From Vicinamibacterales bacterium (GTDB lineage: Bacteria > Acidobacteriota > Vicinamibacteria > Vicinamibacterales > UBA8438): DNA of 64,000 bases. A program made the translations under genes and the position numbers. The stretch is taken from positions 4,096,848 through 4,160,847 of the forward strand of contig OZ220718.1 of the NCBI GenBank assembly GCA_965116765.1, read 5' to 3'. The first letter of the stretch is position 1. The number at the start of each line of letters is the position of its first letter. Of this stretch, positions 7,847 through 16,312 are shown piece after piece. Below the pieces are notes generated by a model. That model saw only the letters and a list, made by a program, of their open reading frames with translations. It had not been told where the DNA came from and ran no database searches.

Positions 7847-8173
7847 ATGTCCTTCGCGGTCCAGTTGACCGATGAGGCCGCCCACGACCTCGAGGAGATC
7901 TTCGACTACCTCTCCCGTCGAGACGCGCCAGGCAGGGCGGAGCACGTGCTGGAACGGATCGAGCAGGCCTTCCACGCGTTGTCCGCGTTCCCCGAACGCG
8001 GCAGCCACCCGGCGGAGTTGCTGGAGCTCGGGATTCGGGAGTACCGGGAGGTGTTCTTCAAACCGTACCGCATCATCTACCGCGTCATGGGAGACGGCGT
8101 CTACGTTCTCGTGATCGCGGACGGACGGCGTGACATGCGAACGTTGCTGCAACGGCGCCTGCTGCGCGTGTGA
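7847..8173 (+). CDS. parE: RelE/ParE family toxin
   Basis: Abuts the antitoxin stop. LTDEAAHDLEEIFDYL...YREVFFKPYRIIYRVMGDGVYVLVIADGRRD is ParE-like. Confidence 0.85.
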   Translation: MSFAVQLTDEAAHDLEEIFDYLSRRDAPGRAEHVLERIEQAFHALSAFPERGSHPAELLELGIREYREVFFKPYRIIYRVMGDGVYVLVIADGRRDMRTLLQRRLLRV

Positions 8174-8188
8174 GTGCCCCGGGCGGCC

Positions 8189-8227
8189 TGTACGTCGCCA
8201 CCCGATTCGGCTTCAGGTGACGACGAT
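8189..8227 (+). repeat. Right copy of the direct repeat flanking phd-parE
   Basis: GTACGTCGCCACCCGATTCGGCTTCAGGTGACGACGA. The first 22 nt match the left copy at 20/22. It would encode an alternative hsdR end, ...YVATRFGFR*. Confidence 0.7.
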
Positions 8228-8585
8228 CACCCGGTCGTATCTCGAGTACATGGACTGGGACGTCCGGCTTCGGGTCGAGGACGAGGGGCGGCCCGTGCTG
8301 GGGGACCTGATTCAGGCCCACGACATCGGCGGTGATGGACCCGTCTACCGGGACGACAACATCGTCGTGACGGCGGCCGAGGTCCCGCACGGGGCGGCCG
8401 CGCCGTCCTACGCCTACCGCATCGACACGGCCGACGGCTCGGTCGTGTTCTCGGGCGACACGACGATGAGCGACGCCCTCGCCGAGCTCGCGGCGGGGGC
8501 CGACGTCCTGGTGCACGAGGTCGTCAGCGTCGAGGGCGCCGCCGCCATCGTGGAGCGCCTCGACCCGGCAACGCGGCGTTTCGAG
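8226..8585 (+). pseudogene. Internal fragment of an MBL-fold hydrolase paralog
   Basis: ITRSYLEYMDWDVRLRVEDEGRPVLGDL...AAIVERLDP corresponds to codons ~209-322 of the intact gene at 13169..14113. About 93% nt identity by eye over 342 bp. No N-terminus (HHHSDH motif) and no C-terminus. Confidence 0.85.
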
Positions 8586-8671
8586 CGTGGTGATGGGACG
8601 GGGCCGCTGTTGACGACGCGGCGAGTGCACGACAGATTCGTGCTCGGCGCGGCCGTGGAGTTGTGCGCTAC

Positions 8672-9322
8672 TCAGCCAGCGCGCCAGCCGACGCTTGCGG
8701 CCCACTCGTCCCGCGCTTTCGTGTACGCCTGATGATCTGCCGGCGGACGCTCTCCCTCGGCGGCCGCCCGGTTGCGCAGCGCCTCGACATGCTCCTCGAG
8801 CGGCGGGAGGCCGACGGCGAGCCGGCGCTCGGCCAGCCGTTGCGGATCTTCCACCTCGCCGGGAGAGAGGTTCCCCTCGGCGTCCCAATCGAGCTGGGTG
8901 CCGTAGCGCTGGGGCCGGCCCTCGAAGAACCGGATGCGGTCGTCCAGCATGGCCGCGTGGGCAGGGTCGGCCCTGCCTTCCCGTGCGGCGGTCTCGAGGA
9001 GAGGCAACGCCCGGCGGAGCAGGTCGGGCTCGCCGATCGCGTGCTGCAGTATCGTCCAGGCCGCCTCGGCGCCGTCGGCACCGACGAGGTCCGTTCCCGG
9101 CCACCCCACGGACTCGATCACGCGCCGAAGGCGCCGCGCGTTCCGTGCATGGACGCGGGCCATCCGAGGCTCGTAGCCGGCGTCGAACAGGTCGCCCGAG
9201 GCCGCGAGCTCGGCCCGCGTGTCGCGGTCCAGCCGGGCCATCTCCAGAAGGTCGCGCCTGAGAGGCTCGTTCGTGGGCATCGTCGAGCCGCCCCGCGGCG
9301 GCCGTCGTCGGGCTGACGTCAT
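8672..9322 (-). CDS. Hypothetical protein (resembles DUF6624-type proteins, from memory)
   Basis: Track ORF with GC3-rich coding look. Motifs: VIESVGWPGTDLVGADGAEAAWTILQHA and DRIRFFEGRPQRYGTQ. Alternative start at 9280. Confidence 0.6.
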   Translation of the reverse strand: MTSARRRPPRGGSTMPTNEPLRRDLLEMARLDRDTRAELAASGDLFDAGYEPRMARVHARNARRLRRVIESVGWPGTDLVGADGAEAAWTILQHAIGEPDLLRRALPLLETAAREGRADPAHAAMLDDRIRFFEGRPQRYGTQLDWDAEGNLSPGEVEDPQRLAERRLAVGLPPLEEHVEALRNRAAAEGERPPADHQAYTKARDEWAASVGWRAG

Positions 9323-9397
9323 CGCGCGCGGTGCCCGTCACCGTCTGCGCCGTCGACCGGGTCGAGGTCGCGAGCTTCGCTGCGCACGCTCGCGCCG

Positions 9398-10087
9398 TCA
9401 GCGGTCGCGACGGTCGGGGTCGTCGTAGAGCCAGGGGCGGAGGCGCCGATCCCGTTCCCGCATCGCCTCGGCGCGGTCGCGATGATCGAGCCGTTCGTCG
9501 AGCGTCACGTCGACCCCCCGAAGCAGGCTCATGCGCCGTCTCGAGTCGATCTCGAAGGGGATGGGCGCCATGCCGGGGCGCTCGATGACCTGCCTCGCGA
9601 GGTCGGCCGTCACCTCGACCTCGGGATGCTCCCCGACCCGGTCGGCGAGCCCGGCCACCACCGGCTCGTCCAGGGTCACCGGGAGGAGCCCGAAGTCGAA
9701 GCAGTCGTCATGGAACACGGGACCGAAGCTGGGCGCGATGACCACGCGCATGCCGCACTGCAGGAGGCGGATGACCGCGAACGCCTGCTGGCTGCCCTGG
9801 CCGAAGTTCCGCCCCGCGATCAGGATCGAGGCGTCGCGATACGGCGCCCGGTTGAGGACGAAGTCCGGGTTCTCGGTGCCGTCGGGTCGGTACCGGAAGC
9901 CGTGGAAGGCATGCGGGCCGGTCCAGGACCCGTCGTGGGGGTGGTCCTCGAGAAGCAGGTCGCCCGGGGCGAGGTGCACGGCGTGCAGGTCCTCGAGATC
10001 GGCCCCGACCGGGGCGATGAGCTCGCTCTCGAGATCGGGCTGCCGGAACGGCGCCGCGATGCCGGTATGCCGCACGAACCGGGGCAT
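9398..10087 (-). CDS. LeuD-like small subunit of an aconitase-family dehydratase (paralog 1)
   Basis: MPRFVRHTGIAAPFRQPDLESELIAP...ILIAGRNFGQGSQQAFAV...VIAPSFGPVFHDDC is LeuD-like. The start is the last of three in-frame repeated ATGs. Confidence 0.8.
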   Translation of the reverse strand: MPRFVRHTGIAAPFRQPDLESELIAPVGADLEDLHAVHLAPGDLLLEDHPHDGSWTGPHAFHGFRYRPDGTENPDFVLNRAPYRDASILIAGRNFGQGSQQAFAVIRLLQCGMRVVIAPSFGPVFHDDCFDFGLLPVTLDEPVVAGLADRVGEHPEVEVTADLARQVIERPGMAPIPFEIDSRRRMSLLRGVDVTLDERLDHRDRAEAMRERDRRLRPWLYDDPDRRDR

Positions 10088-10232
10088 GGCTCGCGGCCGG
10101 AAGGGCGCCGCGGTGCCGGCATGCCGCGCGAACCGGGGCATGGCTCGCGGCCGGAAGGGCGCCGCGGTGCCGTCGTGCCGCACGAGCCGGGGCATGGCTC
10201 GCGGCCGGAAGGGCGCCGCGGTGCCGGTGTGC
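10044..10232. repeat. 54-bp tandem repeat, about 3.5 copies, repeating the leuD-like start region
   Basis: The unit ...GGCTCGCGGCCGGAAGGGCGCCGCGGTGCCGGCATGCCGCGCGAACCGGGGCAT places ATGs (minus strand) at 10087, 10141 and 10195, all in frame. The copies differ by point substitutions. Confidence 0.9.
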
Positions 10233-10380
10233 CATGGGTCGAGGCACGGCGCTCGCTGCCTCAGCAGCCCGTGGCGAAAGTCCCCGCTGCATTCCGGCGG
10301 CATGGGTCGATTCTCCCTCGTCGCGGCACGGGGTCTCGGCCCTTCGCCCTTCGGGCCGGTGCAGGGTTTCACCACGGGCG

Positions 10381-11060
10381 TCAGGCCGCGGGTCGCCCGA
10401 CCGGTAGATCCAGGGGCGCTCCCGCTCGTCGCGTTCCCGCAGGGCCCGGGCCGCCGGCAGGTGAGGCTCGATCTCCTCGAGGTCGTGCAGGCCGTTCAGC
10501 AGCTTGTTCCGCACCCGGGGGTCGGTCTCGAACGGGATGGGGTCGCGTCCCGGCATCTCGATCAGCTGCCGCTCCAGATCGACCCTCATCCTGACGCCGT
10601 GGTGCGACTCGACCCACTCGACGATCTCGTTCAGCGTCTCGCGGGGCAGCTCGACCGTCAGCACGCCGTACTGCACCGCGTTGGTGAGGAAGATGGGCCC
10701 GAAGCTCTCGCCGATGTAGACCCTGACGCCCCAGGCCGCGAGGGGCCGGGTGACGCCGGTGACCCGCGAGCTGCCGGTGGCGTAGTTCCTGCCGACGATC
10801 ATGATCGAGGCGGTGCGGTACGCCTCCTGGTTGAAGACGAAGTCGCGCCTCGGCGAGCCGTCCGCGTTGTAGCGGATGTTCGCGAACGCCGTGGCGCCCC
10901 GGCTGGCCCCGAGGCCGCCGCGGGGCGCGTCGAGCCCCTCGGTCAGGTTGGTCAGGGCGGGGGCGATGACGTCGGTGCTGACGTTGTCGAACATGAAGGG
11001 CGCGGCCAGGCCCTCGTGCACGTCGAAGGCGTGCCCGCCGCGCCGTATCTCCTGTCCCAT
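10381..11060 (-). CDS. LeuD-like small subunit (paralog 2); 3' end uncertain
   Basis: MGQEIRRGGHAFDVHEGLAAPFMFDNVSTDVIAP...IMIVGRNYATGSSR...YIGESFGPIFLTNA. The in-frame stop is not reached until 9708. A 1-nt shift near 10384-10392 would give ...RPWIYRSGDPRA* ending at 10381, parallel to the paralog 1 end RPWLYDDPDRRDR*. Confidence 0.7.
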
Positions 11061-11080
11061 GCTTCGACCCCTCTCTACCT

Positions 11081-12568
11081 CTACAGGAACGCGCGCACGT
11101 CGGCGACGCTGCCGGCGATGGCCGAGGCGGCGACGGTGGTCGTGCTCGCCAGAAGGGTGTTCGTCTCCCGCCCCTGCCGGCCGATGTAGTTGCGGTTCGA
11201 GTTGGAGATGCACCGGTGCCCGGGCTCGACGTAGTCGCCGTTCGACCCGTAGCACTTCGAGCAGCCCGACTCGCGCCACTCGAATCCCGCGTCCCTGAAG
11301 GTGCGGTCCAGGCCCTCCGCCTCGGCCTGCGCCTTGACCGCGTTCGATCCCGGCACGACCCAGGCCGAGGCGATGGTCGAGGCGACGCGGCGTCCCTCGA
11401 CGATGGCCGCGGCCGCGCGCAGGTCGCTGATGCGGCTCTCGACGCACGACCCGATGAACACCTCGTCGACCGGCGTCCCGAGAATGGGCTCGCCCGGCGT
11501 GAGGCGGCTGTACTCGATGGCCTGCCGGTAGGTCTCGCGCTTGCCCGGAGGGGCCTGGTCGGGGTCGGGAATCCGTTCGCCGATCCCGATGGCATGCTCG
11601 GGGTTGATGCCCCAGGTGACCTGCGGCTCGACCCCGGTCATGTCGATGGTCTCCTCGCGGTCGAACACCGCGTCGTCGTCGGTCGGCAGCGTGCGCCAGA
11701 ACGCGACCGCCTGGTCCCAGTAGCGTTCCGAGGGGGCGAACTCGCGGCCCGCGAGATACTCGAAGGTGGTGTCGTCGGGACTGACCATGCCCGTCGGCGA
11801 GGCCATCTCCACCGCGAGGTTGCAGACCGAGAAGCGGGCCTCCTGCGACAGCGCCCGCACCACCGGGCCCGCGTACTCGACCGCGTAGCCGGTGCCCGAG
11901 TCGGTGCCGAGCCGGGCGATGGTGTGCAGGATGACGTCCTTCGCCCGGACCCCCGGACCCAGGGCGCCGGTGATGGTCACGCGCATGGTGCGGGGACGGC
12001 GCCGGATGACGGTGCCGGTGCGCAGGATGTTCTCGGAGTTCTCGCCGCCCCACGAGATCAGGCCCATCGCCCCGTGCGTGCAGGTGTGGCTGTCGCCCGC
12101 GCAGAGCACCATGCCGGGCTGGCTCAGCCCGGTCTCGGGGCCGACGATGTGCATGATGCCGTATCGCGGATCGGACTGGCCGAACGCCTTGGTGAAGCCC
12201 AGCTCGCGCATCTCGTCGGCGAGCTCCTCGTACGGCTGCCAGCCCCATCCCAGCGACGGGTCGTCGTACCGGTCCGGCGAGGTGGAGACGGTGTGGTCCG
12301 GCACGCTGTAGAAGATCTCCGGGTTCCGGAGCTCGACGCCTTCCCGGACGAGCCGCATGACCTGGGTGGGACTGCCGCCGATGCAGCGGTCCACCTGCAG
12401 CAGGTCGGTCTCGCCGCCGAGGTTCGCGACGACGTGGGCGTCCCAGACCTTGTCGAACAGGGTCCCGCGGCGGCCCTGCGCCTGGAACCGCGCGAACAGC
12501 GACCGGGGGTGGGCCGAGACGAGCAGGCCGGCGCCGACCGTCGTCCTGATGAAGTCGCGTCTCTTCAT
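11081..12568 (-). CDS. LeuC-like large subunit of an aconitase-family dehydratase with an N-terminal twin-arginine-type signal
   Basis: MKRRDFIRTTVGAGLLVSAHPRSLFA precedes the usual LeuC start (TLFDKVWDAHVV). The cluster cysteines are conserved (IGSCVESR, SGCSKCYG). Confidence 0.85.
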   Translation of the reverse strand: MKRRDFIRTTVGAGLLVSAHPRSLFARFQAQGRRGTLFDKVWDAHVVANLGGETDLLQVDRCIGGSPTQVMRLVREGVELRNPEIFYSVPDHTVSTSPDRYDDPSLGWGWQPYEELADEMRELGFTKAFGQSDPRYGIMHIVGPETGLSQPGMVLCAGDSHTCTHGAMGLISWGGENSENILRTGTVIRRRPRTMRVTITGALGPGVRAKDVILHTIARLGTDSGTGYAVEYAGPVVRALSQEARFSVCNLAVEMASPTGMVSPDDTTFEYLAGREFAPSERYWDQAVAFWRTLPTDDDAVFDREETIDMTGVEPQVTWGINPEHAIGIGERIPDPDQAPPGKRETYRQAIEYSRLTPGEPILGTPVDEVFIGSCVESRISDLRAAAAIVEGRRVASTIASAWVVPGSNAVKAQAEAEGLDRTFRDAGFEWRESGCSKCYGSNGDYVEPGHRCISNSNRNYIGRQGRETNTLLASTTTVAASAIAGSVADVRAFL

Positions 12569-13045
12569 GGTGCCTCCGTTGCGGAGATCGAGAACCGGCG
12601 GTTCGCTGCGTCCACGCCGAGCCCGATGATGATAGCCGCGACGCCGACGTCACGGCGAATCGAGGAACCCCGATCGGCGTCGAGGCCCCGGCCGACGGCA
12701 GCGACCTCACGGCTTGCGAGGCCGAGGCACGGCCGAGTTCCGCTCGGCGTCGCGCCGTGCCGCAGCCGCCGTGCCGACGGCAGGAGATCGAGCACCGCGT
12801 CGCCTCGAAGCTCCGAGGGGTGACCGCGGTCTCGCCCCGGGCTCGCGCCGGAACCGCCACACATGGCGATGATAACCGCATCGGCCCACCGCACGCGCTC
12901 TCGGTGAAGCCGGCCCGGCCCGAGGTTGCGCCCGCGGCCGAGCAGGATCGCCGCGCGCCGCGACCGGCTGCTGCAAGGCAGGCGCCGGACCGTTCCGCCG
13001 AGGAGAACGGGGTGTACCATCGGAGGCCGTGACGCTCACGTCCCC

Positions 13046-13150
13046 TGCAGGATGGACGAGGCGACAGGGGGCATCCGACCCGTCCCGCGCCCCGGACACT
13101 CCGCCCAGGCCTGCAGCCCTGCCGGATGGACGAGGCGACGGGGGCATCGA
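13046..13150 (+). repeat. Two copies of a ~35-bp motif upstream of the MBL gene
   Basis: CTGCAGGATGGACGAGGCGACAGGGGGCATCCGACC and CTGCAGCCCTGCCGGATGGACGAGGCGACGGGGGCATCGACC lie about 74 bp apart. Confidence 0.7.
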
Positions 13151-13168
13151 CCTGCCGAAGGAGGTCTC

Positions 13169-14113
13169 GTGACCAGCCGTCCCATCTCCCGCCGTCTCGT
13201 GGCCGCGGTCGGCATCGCGGCCCTGTTCGCCGCGTCCCCGCTCCCGGGACAGGAGCGTCCGCACCGGCTCGTCCTGCTCGGGACCGGCGGCGGACCGGCG
13301 GTCAAGGCGTCCCGCGCGCAGCCGGCGAATGCGGTGGTGGTGAACGGATCGGTCTACGTCGTGGACGCCGGCGACGGCGTCGCGCGGCAGATGGCCCTCG
13401 CCGGGCTGCCCGTGGTCGCCCTCCGGGCCGTCTTCATCACCCATCACCACTCCGACCACAACGCCGACTACGGCACGCTCCTGCTGCGGGCCTGGGCCAG
13501 CGGCCTGCGGCGGCCGGTGGCCACCTACGGGCCGCCCCCGCTGGAGCGGATTACCCGGTCGTATCTGGAGTACATGGACTGGGACGTCCGGCTGCGCGTC
13601 GTGGACGAGGGCCGGCCGGTGCTGGGAGACCTGATTCAGGCCCACGACATCGGCGGCGACGGGGTCGTCTACCGCGACGAGAACATCGCCGTGACGGCGG
13701 CCGAGGTCCCGCACGGGGCCGCCGCGCCCAGCTACGCCTACCGCATCGACACCACCGACGGCTCGGTCGTGTTCTCGGGCGACACGACGATGAGCGACGC
13801 CCTCGTCGAGCTCGCGGCGGGGGCCGACGTGCTGGTGCACGAGGTCGTCAGCGTCGAGGGCGCCGCCGCCATCGTGGAGCGCCTCGACCCGGGCAACGAG
13901 GCGCTCCTGCGCCACATCGTCGAGGCCCACACGACGGCCGAGGACGTGGGGCGGGTGGCGGCGCGGGCCGGCGTGGAGCGGCTCGTGCTCACGCACTTCG
14001 TGCCGTCGGGCCTTCCCGAGTTCGATCGGCCGGAGCTCTGGCGCGAGGGGGTCCGCCGCCACTTCGAGGGCGAGGTCATCGTCGGCCGCGACCTCCAGGA
14101 GATCGCCTTCTGA
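13169..14113 (+). CDS. MBL-fold metallo-hydrolase (RNase Z/ElaC-like), secreted
   Basis: The GTG start is preceded by AAGGAGG. Signal-like VTSRPISRRLVAAVGIAALFAASPLPG. HHHSDH motif present. Lies within track ORF 12926..14113. Confidence 0.85.
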   Translation: MTSRPISRRLVAAVGIAALFAASPLPGQERPHRLVLLGTGGGPAVKASRAQPANAVVVNGSVYVVDAGDGVARQMALAGLPVVALRAVFITHHHSDHNADYGTLLLRAWASGLRRPVATYGPPPLERITRSYLEYMDWDVRLRVVDEGRPVLGDLIQAHDIGGDGVVYRDENIAVTAAEVPHGAAAPSYAYRIDTTDGSVVFSGDTTMSDALVELAAGADVLVHEVVSVEGAAAIVERLDPGNEALLRHIVEAHTTAEDVGRVAARAGVERLVLTHFVPSGLPEFDRPELWREGVRRHFEGEVIVGRDLQEIAF

Positions 14114-14139
14114 CTCGTCGCCCGGCCTGACGCCGGGCC

Positions 14140-14235
14140 GGCTGCGGGCTGCCGGGCAGTCGACTTGCCAGCGACGGCGTGACAGTTTTGCGCCAGCACC
14201 GCAAGATTGCCCGGCACACGGATTCCCCACACGGC
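14140..14235 (+). repeat. Diverged upstream copy of the leader and start region of the 14566 ATPase gene
   Basis: GCCGGGCAGTCGACTTGCCAGCGACGGCGTGACAGTTTTGCGCCAGCACCGCAAGATTGCCCGGCACACGGATTCCCCACACGG aligns with 14505-14590 (...AAAATTGCCCGGCATGTGGATTCCACGCGGG). Confidence 0.65.
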
Positions 14236-14565
14236 TGGATCGCCCTACGGCGTCACGTCCCACGGCCGCTCCCAGGGCCGCCGGCCGAGGGCTCTCAACT
14301 GCGGTCCTACGAGCAGCGTCTTCAGGGGCTGACTCGGCATGGACCAGCCCTCCTTCTCCAGCCGAACTATGGGCCTGTGAGATCGAGGAATTGCGCATGC
14401 GCGGAGAGTCGTTGAGCGCGTTGTATGTGGAGTTCTTCACCGGCGCCTTCACCGCGCTCAAGGCCGTTCTCCGATGACGCGCCGTGCTCCCCGTGGGCCG
14501 CGTCGGGCTGCCGGACAGTCGCTGCCAGAGCGCCGCCGTGACAAATCCACGGCGCTGCCTTAAAA

Positions 14566-15789
14566 TTGCCCGGCATGTGGATTCCACGCGGGCTGACCCC
14601 CGAGTTGCGACGCTTGGCGGAGTCGTTCCCGGTCGTGGTGCTCACCGGTCCCCGGCAGGTCGGCAAGACGGCCCTGCTGGAGCGGTCGTTTCCGGCGCAC
14701 CGCTTCGTCGCGCTCGACGCGGGCCAGAACGCGGAGGCGGCGGAGACCCGCCCGGGGGACTTCCTCGACACGCACCGGCCCCCGGTGATACTCGACGAGA
14801 TCCAGTACGCGCCCGGACTGCTCCGCGACATCAAGGCGCGGGTCGACCGGCACCGCGAGCCGGGACAGTACCTGCTCACGGGCTCGCAGACGTTCCCGCT
14901 GATGCAGTCGGTTTCCGAGAGCCTCGCCGGCCGGGCGGCGGTGGTGCCGCTGCTCGGCCTGTCGGCCGACGAATGGCTGTCGGTCCCGGAGCTGGCGGCG
15001 ACGCATGCGCCGCCGGAGTTCCTGTGGCGCGGCAGCTATCCCGGCCTCTGGGCGCCTCCCGACACTGTACCCTCCCGCGACCGGTGGTACCAGGGCTACG
15101 TGGCGACCTACCTCGAGCGCGACGTCCGCAGTCTGCTCAACGTCGCGCGGCTGCGCGACTTCGAACGCTTCCTTCGTGCCTGCGCGGCGCGTACCGGGCA
15201 GCTCCTGAACATGTCCGAGCTCGGACGCGACGTCGGCGTCTCTCCCACGACGGCGCGCGAGTGGATCAGCGTGCTGGTGACGTCCGGCCAGATCGTGCTG
15301 CTCGAGCCGTATCACCGGTCCCTCGGGAAGCGTCTCGTCAAGAGCCCGAAGCTCTATTTCGCCGACACCGGGCTGGCCGCGTACCTGGCCGGGTTCCAGT
15401 CCGCCGCCGCGCTCCTCGGCTCGCCGGCCATCGGCGCGTTCTGGGAGAACCACGTGGTGGGCCAGTGGATCCGCTATCGCGACTGGTTCGCGCCGGCCCT
15501 GCAGCTCTGGTTCTGGCAGGACCGGACCGGCCGCGAGGTGGACCTGCTGATCGAAGCCGACCGGCGGCTCGTGCCAGTGGAGTGCAAGTGGAAGGAGCGT
15601 CCCGGTGCCGGGGACGCGGCGGGCATCGGGCGCCTGCGCGCGCTCTACGGCAGCGCGGTCGCGGACGGCTTCGTGGCCTGCACGACGGCGAGCGCCTTCC
15701 AGGTGACACCGGGCGTGACCGCCGTGCCCGGCTGGCGGCTGCGGCCATCGCCGTCGGGCGACGTGCGGCAGGTGATGGCGCCGGTCTGA
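14566..15789 (+). CDS. ATP-binding protein, AAA_14 + DUF4143 type
   Basis: VVVLTGPRQVGKTALL (Walker A), VILDEIQYAP (Walker B) and a DUF4143-like C-terminus. Alternative start at 14575 (MWIPRGL). Confidence 0.8.
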   Translation: MPGMWIPRGLTPELRRLAESFPVVVLTGPRQVGKTALLERSFPAHRFVALDAGQNAEAAETRPGDFLDTHRPPVILDEIQYAPGLLRDIKARVDRHREPGQYLLTGSQTFPLMQSVSESLAGRAAVVPLLGLSADEWLSVPELAATHAPPEFLWRGSYPGLWAPPDTVPSRDRWYQGYVATYLERDVRSLLNVARLRDFERFLRACAARTGQLLNMSELGRDVGVSPTTAREWISVLVTSGQIVLLEPYHRSLGKRLVKSPKLYFADTGLAAYLAGFQSAAALLGSPAIGAFWENHVVGQWIRYRDWFAPALQLWFWQDRTGREVDLLIEADRRLVPVECKWKERPGAGDAAGIGRLRALYGSAVADGFVACTTASAFQVTPGVTAVPGWRLRPSPSGDVRQVMAPV

Positions 15790-15844
15790 GGCTCGGTCGT
15801 CGGACGAGACCAGCTGGAGATCGGCACGTCGGTGTCGAGCGGCA

Positions 15845-16066
15845 TCAGAGGTACTTGCGGGCGAGCGCCTCGTAGCGGCCGTCGTTCCGGCGGGACGCCT
15901 CGAACCGGCCCCGCCACCGCGACGCGAACGAGGGAGTCTCCTCGGCCGCCATCTCTCTGAGCGACGCTTCGATGAGCGACGACAGCGAGACGCCGCGAGA
16001 ACGCGCGAACTGCTTGGCGCGGGGAAGCAGCTCGCCGTCCACCGTAATCGTCAGCTTTTTCTTCAT
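15845..16066 (-). CDS. RHH antitoxin-like protein (DUF6364-like), orphan
   Basis: MKKKLTITVDGELLPRAKQFARSRGVSLSSLIEASLREMA. Uses the internal Met of track ORF 15845..16288. Confidence 0.6.
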   Translation of the reverse strand: MKKKLTITVDGELLPRAKQFARSRGVSLSSLIEASLREMAAEETPSFASRWRGRFEASRRNDGRYEALARKYL

Positions 16067-16312
16067 CGTGGGCCACCGATCATCGGAGCACGTATGCCGT
16101 GCATCGCATAGGTATTCTATCGGGGACACAACCGAATGACGCCGACAATGACGCCGGCCGTGTCCGCCCACGGCTACCGTGTCGCCACCGTCGGCGGCGG
16201 GTCGTGTTCTCGGAGCGACAGCGAGGATGAGCGGTCGCCGCTCGAATGCAGCGGCACTCCGCCACGCGTTGGGCAGGCTCGGCGCCAACGCGCGAGTGCC
16301 CCGCCGGGCGGC

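Noticed and set aside
1-8227. The defence/TA region as an integrase-mobilised genomic island or an integron.
   Set aside because: No integrase, transposase, tRNA gene or attC-like structure was seen. The flanking repeats are diverged gene-junction copies, not short exact att sites.
8130-8732. The 200-aa track ORF as an intact gene.
   Set aside because: Only residues ~33-146 resemble an MBL hydrolase. The N-terminal (MTCERCCNGACC...) and C-terminal parts are read-through of flanking sequence.
12620-12880. GATGATAGCCGC and GATGATAACCGC, 240 bp apart, in the leuC-MBL divergent region as regulator binding sites.
   Set aside because: There are only two loosely similar 12-mers, with no dyad symmetry and no regulator gene nearby. 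This cannot be distinguished from chance.
9708-12881. A 1057-aa minus-strand ORF spanning the leuD/leuC region. Similar giants occur at 12707..14587, 20373..22112, 30059..32368, 32448..34655, 34498..36447, 38358..40436, 40016..41944, 41244..43163, 41446..43662, 43164..45260, 43685..46798 and 59352..62858.
   Set aside because: Only the segments that coincide with homology-bearing genes are credible, for example leuD-like 2 at 10381-11060, the dmsB part and the PQQ dehydrogenase part. The rest is off-frame GC-bias ORF.
8226-13891. The MBL fragment and the intact MBL gene as a diversity-generating retroelement TR/VR pair.
   Set aside because: No reverse transcriptase is present in the window. 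The ~25 differences are spread over all base types, including synonymous G/C changes. They are not confined to adenine positions.
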